Origin: Alphaproteobacteria bacterium
GTDB lineage: Bacteria > Pseudomonadota > Alphaproteobacteria > Bin95
Reading direction: 5' to 3'
Length of the DNA stretch: 64,000 bases
NCBI GenBank assembly: GCA_963665325.3
Contig: CAXXWS020000002.1
Coordinates: 497,644 to 561,643, forward strand
Shown here: piece by piece, positions 25,067 to 33,141 of the stretch
Position numbering within the stretch: position 1 is the first letter of the stretch
How the letters are laid out: each line of letters opens with the position of its first letter
Position numbers and translations under genes: made by a program
Notes under the pieces: generated by a model
Databases searched by the model: none
What the model was told of the DNA's origin: nothing
What the model saw: the letters and a program-made list of their open reading frames with translations, nothing else

Positions 25067-26939
25067 CGCCTGCCTCGTTATGGCCGGCGCCGTAGAACCG
25101 GCCCTCGATCGAGCCGTTCATATCGCTCGCCTCGAACGCGCCCTGCGCGACAGAAATGCCTTCCCATCGCATGTCCGAAACCACACCGCCTCCGGTGTCC
25201 GTCATTCCCGTGAGTGCGACGTCCACGTCCGGTGCCGCCAGATCGTCGATGGCGAGCTCGGCATCGCCCCCGATGCGCAGGCCGCTTGTCCCGTCGAGGC
25301 CCACCACCGATCCCTGCCATACCGCCCTGCCGATCCCTGCCGGGTTCGTCTCCGGCCAGGCCCCGAACGAAACCGCGGTCGTCCCGTCCACCAGGCCGAA
25401 TACGCTGTCCTCGAACAAGGAGCCCCGGAAGCCGGACCCGTCGCCCCGCGCCAGCCGCTCCGCCAGCGCGTCCACGTCCAGGGCCCCCGACGCGCTCGAG
25501 GCGAAGCTGTCCGAACCCGCAAGCCGCTCGCCGCGCCGCCAGTCCGACGGCTCCACATGGTCGCCCCGATGCATCCCGCGACCGGCCGTCCGCGCCTCGT
25601 CTTCCTCATCGACATAGTCGTCGGCATATTGCCGGTAGGCGAGCGCCCAGCCGTTCGCGACCAGCCACGCATTCACGTCGATCCCGCCCGAGGAGCACTG
25701 GCCGATCGTGCGCCCGAAGCCGTCCGTCCCGCTGCCCGTGCAGCTCAACCCCGCAGCATGAGACCGCAGCGCCTCCGTCGCCGCCGCGCCGCAACCCCAT
25801 GACCGGCCCCAGGCCCGGCAGGTCTGCCGGCTCTCAGGCGCATCGATGCCGAACAGCCGGTAGCGCACGCCGTCGATATCGACCGTGTCGCCGTCTATCA
25901 CCCGGACCTCCCTGGCCGGCGCTACCGTCCCCGACCCGGGCGGGTTCGACCCGGAACCGGATACGGCGCCGAAGGCCCCCAGGATCCCGTTCTGCTCGAA
26001 GACGCCGGCGACTTCGTCCCTGTCGGGTCCGAAGAAGCCGCCCCTTATCCGGTTGCCGGCAACGCCCGCGTCGAAGGCCATTCTCGCCGTCACGTCGACC
26101 TCGGGCTCCTCGCCGGGCTCCAGCTCGCCCTCCTCCTCGACCGTCGTCTCCGTCACGTCGTGCAGGCTGACCGGCACATCCACGAAGCTCGCATCGGCAA
26201 ACGACGCGCCGGTCGACACGCTCACAATGTCGGTGAAGGCCGCATCGATCCGACCGACGACATCGCCGTCTTCGGCATCGTCGCCGAGCGCCTCGACCGA
26301 CCGGTAGGTGAGCGCCGCATCGCCATGCAGACGCCCTTCCGAAAACCCGCCGGTATCCGTCACCCCGACCATCCGGCCCCGCCAGACCGCGTTCACGTCC
26401 CGGCCCTCGGCGACCTCCGTCAGCCCCCCGAGCGCCAGCCCGTAGCGAAACTCGCGAAGCTCCGCATCCATGCCCGCGCGCTCCAGCAATACGCCGAAGC
26501 CGGCATGGCGCATCCAGCCGCCCCAGCTCTGCGCATCGAGGTCCGGCGCCCAAACCACGTCGATACCGCCAATCCGCTCGACAACGCCGGCGCTGGCGAG
26601 CGGTCCGGCATTGCCGATGCCGATCCCGCCGCCGCCCGACCCCGAGCAGCTCAGCCCCGAACATGCGGTGTCATGGACCGCGCTCTCGCCGTACCCGCGT
26701 TCCTCATGCACGCTCGTTGCGAACAGCGCATCCGCGCCTCCCAGAACCGAAGCCGCCCGCACCGAAGCGGCCCTTTCCCCATCCTCCGGCAAAGGCGTCG
26801 GTCTCTCTCCCGGCTCCGGACCCGCCGGCGCGATCCGGGCCGCTGGCCGCGACGGTCCCCCGTCGCCGCCGCAGGCCGACAGAACCGCGCCGCATGCCAG
26901 CAAGGCCGCGGCCAGACGCCCGTATCCCGATCCGCGCAT
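25014..26939 (-). CDS. lipoprotein: TbpB-like beta-barrel module, then a staphylococcal-nuclease (SNase) domain, then a second TbpB-like beta-barrel module
   Basis: Lipobox VLSACGG. Each barrel ends with the TbpB-type signature (..NRIRGGFFGPDRDEVAGVFEQNGILGAFGAV and ..IEGRFYGAGHNEAGGVFQRNGIVGAFGATRE). The SNase core is VRVIDGDTVDIDGVRYRLFGIDAPES..GRTIGQC..VNAWLVANGWALAYRQY, with the Ca-binding and catalytic D/D/E/R positions present (about nt 25530-25913). Confidence 0.8.
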   Translation of the reverse strand: MRGSGYGRLAAALLACGAVLSACGGDGGPSRPAARIAPAGPEPGERPTPLPEDGERAASVRAASVLGGADALFATSVHEERGYGESAVHDTACSGLSCSGSGGGGIGIGNAGPLASAGVVERIGGIDVVWAPDLDAQSWGGWMRHAGFGVLLERAGMDAELREFRYGLALGGLTEVAEGRDVNAVWRGRMVGVTDTGGFSEGRLHGDAALTYRSVEALGDDAEDGDVVGRIDAAFTDIVSVSTGASFADASFVDVPVSLHDVTETTVEEEGELEPGEEPEVDVTARMAFDAGVAGNRIRGGFFGPDRDEVAGVFEQNGILGAFGAVSGSGSNPPGSGTVAPAREVRVIDGDTVDIDGVRYRLFGIDAPESRQTCRAWGRSWGCGAAATEALRSHAAGLSCTGSGTDGFGRTIGQCSSGGIDVNAWLVANGWALAYRQYADDYVDEEDEARTAGRGMHRGDHVEPSDWRRGERLAGSDSFASSASGALDVDALAERLARGDGSGFRGSLFEDSVFGLVDGTTAVSFGAWPETNPAGIGRAVWQGSVVGLDGTSGLRIGGDAELAIDDLAAPDVDVALTGMTDTGGGVVSDMRWEGISVAQGAFEASDMNGSIEGRFYGAGHNEAGGVFQRNGIVGAFGATRE

Positions 26940-26942
26940 CGC

Positions 26943-27977
26943 CTACTCCGCCTCCTGCCGTCGCGCGCCGAAGGACCCGACAATGCCGAGCTGCTCCATC
27001 ACCCCCACGCTCTCCGGATGACCCGGCCCGTAGAAGCCGCCGGCGATACGGTTCCCGCGGACGCCCGCGTCGAACGTCCCGTCCAGACGAACCGGCACAT
27101 TGTCGAACCTGACCCGGGGCACGCTGTGCGGGCGCCGGTTTGCCAGGTCGTAAATGCCGGAGAACACCGCATCCAGCGAAGCGTCGCCGGCGTCATATGT
27201 GAGCACCGCGTCGCCCTGCAGCGGCAGGTAGCCGTTGGCCGAACTGCCACTCAGCACGCCCCGCCAGACCAGATCGAAATCGCGGACCGGAACCGGGCGT
27301 GTCCCGGCGAGATCGCCGCCCGCCAGCCCGTAGCGCCACTGCGTCTCCCAGCCGTCATCGACCGTCAGCGCATGGCTGAATACGAACCCGCTATGGTCCA
27401 TCCAGGCGCCGAGGCTTCGCATGTCGGGCGTGTCCGGCGCCGCCTTGCGCACGTCCGCCTGCGCTTCCAGGAGCGTGATCCCGTGCCGGCGCCCCCAGGC
27501 GCTGGAAGCCCGCGTCACCCAGTCCAGGTCCCGCAGCGCGAACCCGTCCGGCACGCCGCCAGCCGACGCCCCGCCCGCATCGCCTGCTGCCGCCAGCCTG
27601 CAGGATGCGCCCTCGCACTCGGCGTCGAACAGGAAGTCCTGCCGTTCGAGCTCCGGTTCCGGGTCGAACCCGCCCCGGTCGGGCAGCACCGCCACCTCCG
27701 GCGGCAGCTCGCGGCGCTGTCCGTGGACGCGCGTCGCCAGCAGAGAGTCGGTCCGGAACAGGATTTCGGCCATCCGCGCCGCCACCTCGCCGCCTGTCTC
27801 CGAAGGCGCGCCGGTATTGGGCGCCGGGCCGGGAGGAGAAGGAAGACGGGGCTCGTCGCCGGCGCCGCATGCCGACAAGGCGAGTATGGGTGCGGCCGCC
27901 ATGACGAATGCCTTCGCCAGCATCCGCCGGCGAGAGACTCGCTTCGTTGTCCTGCGTCGAATGCCTTGGGCCCTCAT
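26943..27977 (-). CDS. lipoprotein with a single TbpB-like beta-barrel module (paralogous to the modules in 25014..26939)
   Basis: Lipobox LALSACG. C-terminal NRIAGGFYGPGHPESVGVMEQLGIVGSFGARRQ. The ATG at 27977 gives an ATGA overlap; the track start at 27983 is TTG. Confidence 0.7.
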   Translation of the reverse strand: MRAQGIRRRTTKRVSRRRMLAKAFVMAAAPILALSACGAGDEPRLPSPPGPAPNTGAPSETGGEVAARMAEILFRTDSLLATRVHGQRRELPPEVAVLPDRGGFDPEPELERQDFLFDAECEGASCRLAAAGDAGGASAGGVPDGFALRDLDWVTRASSAWGRRHGITLLEAQADVRKAAPDTPDMRSLGAWMDHSGFVFSHALTVDDGWETQWRYGLAGGDLAGTRPVPVRDFDLVWRGVLSGSSANGYLPLQGDAVLTYDAGDASLDAVFSGIYDLANRRPHSVPRVRFDNVPVRLDGTFDAGVRGNRIAGGFYGPGHPESVGVMEQLGIVGSFGARRQEAE

Positions 27978-28612
27978 TCGCAAGCCTCCCCACCGAGAAG
28001 CCGCCGCCAGCGCGTCCGCTCCCGCCTGCTCGCCTCACGCCAGTGCCTCCGGCTCCACCCGATCGACAGCACCCGCCACGGGCTCACCCCATGCCTGGCG
28101 CCCAAAGCACCCAGCCACAGCCAGTCCGTCAGACCCGACAGCAGCCCTGCCGCAATGCCGCAGCCTCCCAGCACCGCGATCCACAACTCCGCATTCGCCC
28201 TGGCCTGCTTGCAGGCCTCCGCGAACGCCTCGATCACCTGCGCCTTGTCCATTTCCGGATCCGCCAGGCCTTCGATGAGGACGTCCGTCATCGCGAGCTT
28301 CAGCCCCGCAAGGATCAGACAACCCACAAACAACGTTGCGCAGACCGCTGCGAACCTGATCTCCCACGCCGCGACCCAACCCAGGGCCCGGCGCAAACGG
28401 CTGCCCGGCCCGCCCCGGTTTCGGCCCGTCCCGTCGGCCCTGAGCGCCGCCCAGGCGAGAGCCCCGCCGGCGCCCCAGGCCAGCAGCAGCCAATGCGGCC
28501 CGACGGCCAGCCACGCAACGACCGACACCATCGCCATCGACATCACGCCCAGCGCGGAGGCTCGCAACACCGCGCGCCTTTCCCAGGGTTTGAAGCCGAT
28601 CCGCCCGCTCAT
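27974..28612 (-). CDS. polytopic membrane protein, paralog of 29812..30432
   Basis: Trimmed to the ATG at 28612 (ATGA overlap). The C-terminal ..GIAAGLLSGLTDWLWLGALGARHGVSPWRVLSIGWSRRHWREASRRERTRWRRLL aligns with ..VGTAALSGLIDGVWVGRVSAGTGKRPWQVLPGGRAWSGWRRKERERCRRWL. Confidence 0.6.
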   Translation of the reverse strand: MSGRIGFKPWERRAVLRASALGVMSMAMVSVVAWLAVGPHWLLLAWGAGGALAWAALRADGTGRNRGGPGSRLRRALGWVAAWEIRFAAVCATLFVGCLILAGLKLAMTDVLIEGLADPEMDKAQVIEAFAEACKQARANAELWIAVLGGCGIAAGLLSGLTDWLWLGALGARHGVSPWRVLSIGWSRRHWREASRRERTRWRRLLGGEACE

Positions 28613-29202
28613 CGCCCCGGCTCCCGGAGCTGCCGCGCCGTCTCCACGGCCATGAAGCCCGACAGGAGGCAAATCAGGGCGGCCGTCGCGAGGAAAGCCA
28701 GCACCGTGACTCCGTATTCCAGTACGGGCCCCGCTCTACCGAACCGGACCAACGTGCCCATCGCGACCGACAGCGAGGCCAACATCATGCCGTTGCTGCA
28801 GGCGCCCCCGGCCATGGCCCCGCCGGCGAGCGCCAGAATGCATCGGCGCCAAAGGCGCAACCGGCCGCCCGCCTCCCTCAATCTCCAGACCGTAACCCCG
28901 CCGCCCGTGCAGAAGCAGCCCAGCGGGCCGGCGATCACAAAGGCCTTCACGACGATGAGGCCTTCCAGCGACACCGGCTGGCTCCATAGCGGCAGAACCC
29001 ACAGGAGAAGCCCCAGACAGAACCCTACCCCCACCGCCGCCAGGCCATAGCCGGTCCCGAACCACCACAGGCGCCGCGCCGGCCCTGGAGGCGGCCCGCA
29101 AAGCATCTGCTTCGCGCGGTCCCGCATGCCGGCAGGCCCGCAGTCCGACGCACCGGCGCCTTCATGCTTCATCGCTTCTGTCGAGCCGGTCATCGCCTTC
29201 AC
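28609..29202 (-). CDS. membrane protein, function unknown
   Basis: 4-5 hydrophobic helices. GTG start at 29202, 4 nt after the peptidase stop. An internal ATG start (MRDRAKQ..) is also possible. Confidence 0.5.
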   Translation of the reverse strand: MKAMTGSTEAMKHEGAGASDCGPAGMRDRAKQMLCGPPPGPARRLWWFGTGYGLAAVGVGFCLGLLLWVLPLWSQPVSLEGLIVVKAFVIAGPLGCFCTGGGVTVWRLREAGGRLRLWRRCILALAGGAMAGGACSNGMMLASLSVAMGTLVRFGRAGPVLEYGVTVLAFLATAALICLLSGFMAVETARQLREPGR

Positions 29203-29206
29203 CCCC

Positions 29207-29815
29207 TCACACGAACCCGAGACCGGCGCGGTCGAGAGCCGTCACCGCGAGGACCAGGCCCGCGCCCACGGCCATGCCGGGCCCGAGCGGCACATGGCCC
29301 CGGAGCCAGGACCGGCCCCGCCGGCGCTGGACAAGCGCATGGCGGGCAAGAGCGCAGACCGAGCCGAGGGCAAGCACCCAGAGAAGGCCGAAGGGCCCGA
29401 GCAGCCAGCCCAGCGCCGCGAACAGCAGCACGTCGCCCGGCTGGAACGGCCAGCGCCGGCCGAAGGCCTCCGCAGCGACGAGAGGCACGGCCCCGATCAG
29501 GAACCCGATGCCCGCGCCCGCCATCGCCCGCAACAGGCCGTCGGCCGCATCGGGACCGACCGTCTGCATCTGCCGGAGCACGCCGGCGCCCACGAGCAGA
29601 AGCAGCCACCAGGGATCGATCCGGAGCCGCTGCCCGTCGATGCTGCCGATCCGCCAGAGCGCGCCGCAGGCCCAGGCGAGCACGACCACAGAGAGCGCCT
29701 CCGTCCGGGGCGCGCCGGCCAGCATCGCCATGCCGCCGAACAGGAATACGACGCCTGCGAAAACCGCCGCGGCATCGCGGGAGGTCGCCTGCTTCTTTCC
29801 CGACCCTGTCGTCAT
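29207..29815 (-). CDS. pilU: A24-family prepilin peptidase, short form without the N-terminal methyltransferase/Zn domain (PilU/TadV-like)
   Basis: Trimmed from track ORF 29207..30607 to the ATG at 29815 (ATGA overlap). 202 aa, polytopic. Contains the two Asp-containing blocks ..SIDGQRLRIDPWW.. and ..FQPGDVLLFAALG... Confidence 0.7.
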   Translation of the reverse strand: MTTGSGKKQATSRDAAAVFAGVVFLFGGMAMLAGAPRTEALSVVVLAWACGALWRIGSIDGQRLRIDPWWLLLLVGAGVLRQMQTVGPDAADGLLRAMAGAGIGFLIGAVPLVAAEAFGRRWPFQPGDVLLFAALGWLLGPFGLLWVLALGSVCALARHALVQRRRGRSWLRGHVPLGPGMAVGAGLVLAVTALDRAGLGFV

Positions 29816-30432
29816 TCCGCTGCCCCGCTTTCGCCCCGCAGCCAGCGCCGGCATCGCTCGCGCTCCTTCCGGCGCCAGCCCGACCAGGCCCGTCCTCCCG
29901 GCAGCACCTGCCAGGGACGCTTGCCGGTCCCTGCCGACACCCGCCCGACCCAGACGCCGTCGATCAGCCCGGACAGCGCCGCCGTGCCGACCGCCAGCCC
30001 CATCGGGACCAGGAAAAGCGGCGCGTCGAAGCTGAAACCCGCCTTGACGGCCGCCGTCCAGGCGTTGCCGAATTCGGCAACGCTCACTGCCTCGTCCCCG
30101 AAGCGCTCGATCGTCTCCGCGAACGACTTGGCCACGCTCACGGCAAGGCCCCAACCCGTCCACGCCACGACGACCGTCATGAGCGGCCGCACGTCCAGCC
30201 CCGCGACCAGATCGACGAGAAACCCCGGGCCCCGATCCGCCCCGCCCCGGAGCAACCGCAAGCCGGCATACAGGCCCGCCCCGGCGCCGAGTGCGTATGC
30301 GAGGAACAGCCAATGCATCCCGATCGCCGGGCCGCACACCGCAACCGCAATGGCAAGGAACACCAGGCTCCGTCCAAGCGACCGGTCGAGCCGCCGCCGG
30401 CCCCAGGCGCTCGAATGCCGTTCGCCCGTCAC
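29812..30432 (-). CDS. polytopic membrane protein, paralog of 27974..28612
   Basis: Trimmed to the GTG at 30430-30432 (GTGA overlap). See the paralog alignment under 27974..28612. Confidence 0.55.
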   Translation of the reverse strand: MTGERHSSAWGRRRLDRSLGRSLVFLAIAVAVCGPAIGMHWLFLAYALGAGAGLYAGLRLLRGGADRGPGFLVDLVAGLDVRPLMTVVVAWTGWGLAVSVAKSFAETIERFGDEAVSVAEFGNAWTAAVKAGFSFDAPLFLVPMGLAVGTAALSGLIDGVWVGRVSAGTGKRPWQVLPGGRAWSGWRRKERERCRRWLRGESGAAE

Positions 30433-30827
30433 GACCCGTCCTCCCACACGCCGAACGTCGCCGGCAGGAGGCGGCACCAGCGCTCCAGCTCCTCTTCGCC
30501 GCAGATCTCCGGGCGCAGCGTCCTGACGGCCGAGCCGACCTCCGCCCGCTCCCGGTTCCACGCCCCGAGCTCCTTCTGCACCGCCAGAAGCCGGCGCATC
30601 CCGGCAACCTCGCGCGCCAGCGCCTCGCGGACCTTCAGGCCCTCGAGGCGCGTCGCCGCCCAGCCGTCCGGAGCCGCCGGCGTGTCCTGCTTCGGGGCGC
30701 TGTTCTGCGCGGGAGCCGTGTTCTCTGCCGGGACCGCGTCCTGCGCCGGGGCCGCAGACGGCAACGCCATCGCGCCCGCCAGCGACAGCAGCGTTGCCAG
30801 ACCCGAAATGCGCGCCGCCCTCAGCAT
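30429..30827 (-). CDS. small secreted protein, function unknown
   Basis: Trimmed from track ORF 30429..32006 to the ATG at 30827. Signal peptide MLRAARISGLATLLSLAGAMALPSAAPA. Pro/Ala-rich linker, helical C-terminus with 2 Cys. Confidence 0.55.
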   Translation of the reverse strand: MLRAARISGLATLLSLAGAMALPSAAPAQDAVPAENTAPAQNSAPKQDTPAAPDGWAATRLEGLKVREALAREVAGMRRLLAVQKELGAWNRERAEVGSAVRTLRPEICGEEELERWCRLLPATFGVWEDGS

Positions 30828-31897
30828 CCCTGGCAGCTCCCGACCGAGAGGGTCCCGAACGAGCCCGTGCCGGTCACCGATACAGACCCGGTGACGTCGG
30901 CGCCCGAGGCCGTGAGGTTGGCCTCGGCCTCGATATTCTCGGCCTCCACGTCGCCGGCGATATCGGCGCTCGCCGCCTCCAGCGCGCCCCTCGCCTCCAC
31001 CTCGTCGGCATTGACCACGCCCGTGAACGCCGCATCGCCCCGGAACACCAGCCCGTCCGGCACCGTGAAACTCCCCATGACCTCGACCGATCCCGCCGTC
31101 GTCGCCGTGCCCACCGTCAGCGCCCGGTCGATCCGGAACTCGCCCGCCCGCATGACGCGGTCCACCTGCAGCTCCTCGGCCGTCAGCACCCGCACGCCCA
31201 CCAGGTCGTTGTTGTTCATGTCGAGATCGGTCTCCATGCGCGCGGAGTCCGGACAGCCGGCGCGTACCCGCCGGAACACCGCGTCCCCGCACACGCTCTC
31301 CCGGTCGAGCTGCCGGTAGACGGCAAGCGCGCGGGCGCGCGGATGGCCGCCGGCCGCCGCCCGGAACGCGCCCAGGTCCTCCTGCACGGTCGGCCCGAGC
31401 AGCCGGCCCGCCGCGTCCACCACGCCGAGCGCCTGTGCGCCGCGCGCCTCGAAGACCGCATTCGCCGGAAAGCGCGTGTCGTTCGCATCCGCCAGCTGCA
31501 TCGACAAGAGCCGGACATTGCCCCCGCCGAGCGAGACCGCCCAGGCCTGGAGCGGGCGCTTCATCGCGTCGCCCGCCTCGTCGAAGCCCTGCGGCAGCAG
31601 CCTGTCGGTCCTCAGCGCGCCGATATCGATCCGCCGCGCCGTCCCGGCCGCGAGCGCGGCATAGGTCCCGTATTCCGAGCGCACATGGCTCTCGACCGCC
31701 TGCGCCAGCACCACCAGCTTCCGCGCCGAGCCGACCGCGTTCGAGGCCGCGATGCGGCCCTGCAGCCAGATCGCGAAACCGAGCGCGATCACCACCAGCA
31801 CGATCACCGCCACCAGCGCGCCCACAGGCGTCATGCCCCGCCAGCGCCCGATCCTGAGGCGCCGCGCGAACCCTGGTCTGCGCATGGGACCCCTCAT
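30821..31897 (-). CDS. pilV: PilV-like minor pilin / tip adhesin (shufflon-N-like constant region, fixed C-terminus)
   Basis: Basic leader plus hydrophobic helix (..RWRGMTPVGALVAVIVLVVIALGF..). Conserved ..METDLDMNNNDLVGV.. block as in R64 PilV. Ends ..LSVGSCQGC. Confidence 0.65.
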   Translation of the reverse strand: MRGPMRRPGFARRLRIGRWRGMTPVGALVAVIVLVVIALGFAIWLQGRIAASNAVGSARKLVVLAQAVESHVRSEYGTYAALAAGTARRIDIGALRTDRLLPQGFDEAGDAMKRPLQAWAVSLGGGNVRLLSMQLADANDTRFPANAVFEARGAQALGVVDAAGRLLGPTVQEDLGAFRAAAGGHPRARALAVYRQLDRESVCGDAVFRRVRAGCPDSARMETDLDMNNNDLVGVRVLTAEELQVDRVMRAGEFRIDRALTVGTATTAGSVEVMGSFTVPDGLVFRGDAAFTGVVNADEVEARGALEAASADIAGDVEAENIEAEANLTASGADVTGSVSVTGTGSFGTLSVGSCQGC

Positions 31898-33138
31898 TGC
31901 ACCACCGGCTCGCAGCCCGTGCAGCCGCCCGTCGTGACCGCACCGGTGAACGAGCCCGTATTCGCGCCGAGACCGCCGTCGATCCGCAGCCTCCGCGCCC
32001 GGGCATTGCCCGAGGCCTCGAGCCTGCCGCCGGCGTCCAGGCGCCCGGTCACATCCAGGCTGCCCGCGCCCGCTTTGCCCTCCACCGCCAGCGCCGTGTC
32101 CGTGGCAGTGAGCCCGGTGCCGACCGACAGCAGCTGCGGGATGTTGAAGGCCTGCGCCGGCGCGCCCGCATGGCCGAACCGGAACCCGCCATCCGCCCGG
32201 AACGCCGTCGCCGGAATGTCGCCCCCGAACGCCATGCTGCCGGGCTGGCCGGTCCGGCCCACGGTCACATTGCCGGCGACCTCAGCCGGCGTCCCGCCCG
32301 TCCCGGCAAAGCGGCCCTCCCGGTTGGTCCCCGCGTCGACCCCGGCGACGCTGCCGGCGTCCAGCACCCCGTAGCAGCGCCGGTCGTCCGCCAGCGCCGC
32401 ATCCCGGCAGTCCTCGCCGGCGACGACCGCAACCGGGCTCTCGATCTCGGCCGCCGGCAGCAGCGCCTGGCCGACCGCGCCCGCGTTCGGGCCGAACACG
32501 AAATCCGTCTCCATGCGCGCAAGCTCGGGACGCCCGCCCACCGGCCGCCGGTAGAGCCGGTCCTCGTCGTGGCCCACCGCATGGTCCGCCGTTGCGAACA
32601 GCGAGCCCGCCGGCAAAGTCCCGAGCACCGCCCGGACCGCCGGCAGCCGGTCATGCATCGCCGTCGCCTCGCCGCCGACCGCGCCGACAAGGTCGAGGCC
32701 GCCCATCACCGCGCCCGCCCTGAGCGCCGGCGCCCGGAACGAAAGCTCCGGGCCCGAGAGCGAGCAGGCCGCCATCGGAACGCTGTCGACCGTCACCGCG
32801 CCATAGGCAGCCGTCGCCACCGTGCCCCCGGCGCGACCGACCGTGCCGAGGCCGTCCGGGAGGAGGGACCAGCCCTTCAGCTGCGCCGGCGTCACGACAC
32901 CCGCCGCCGTCACCCGGCCCGACTGGACCGCCCGGTGGACCGCCGTGCAGGTCATCGCCCAGATGCGCCCGCGCTCGCGGTCGATCTCCGCGAGCCGCAA
33001 CTCCTCCTGCTGGCGCTCCCAGGCCGCCAGCACGACCACTACCGTCATGACCAGGAACAGCGCGCCCACAGGCAGCGCCGCGCCGCGGCGCGCGCCCCGG
33101 CGAAGACGGCAGAACAGCGATGTCCCGAGGCGCGCCAC
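31894..33138 (-). CDS. second PilV-like minor pilin / adhesin paralog
   Basis: ..RRGAALPVGALFLVMTVVVVLAAW.. leader and helix. ..ARMETDFVFGPNAG.. block. Ends ..GGCTGCEPVVQ. ATGA overlap at 31894-31897. GTG start. Confidence 0.6.
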   Translation of the reverse strand: MARLGTSLFCRLRRGARRGAALPVGALFLVMTVVVVLAAWERQQEELRLAEIDRERGRIWAMTCTAVHRAVQSGRVTAAGVVTPAQLKGWSLLPDGLGTVGRAGGTVATAAYGAVTVDSVPMAACSLSGPELSFRAPALRAGAVMGGLDLVGAVGGEATAMHDRLPAVRAVLGTLPAGSLFATADHAVGHDEDRLYRRPVGGRPELARMETDFVFGPNAGAVGQALLPAAEIESPVAVVAGEDCRDAALADDRRCYGVLDAGSVAGVDAGTNREGRFAGTGGTPAEVAGNVTVGRTGQPGSMAFGGDIPATAFRADGGFRFGHAGAPAQAFNIPQLLSVGTGLTATDTALAVEGKAGAGSLDVTGRLDAGGRLEASGNARARRLRIDGGLGANTGSFTGAVTTGGCTGCEPVVQ

Positions 33139-33141
33139 CGG

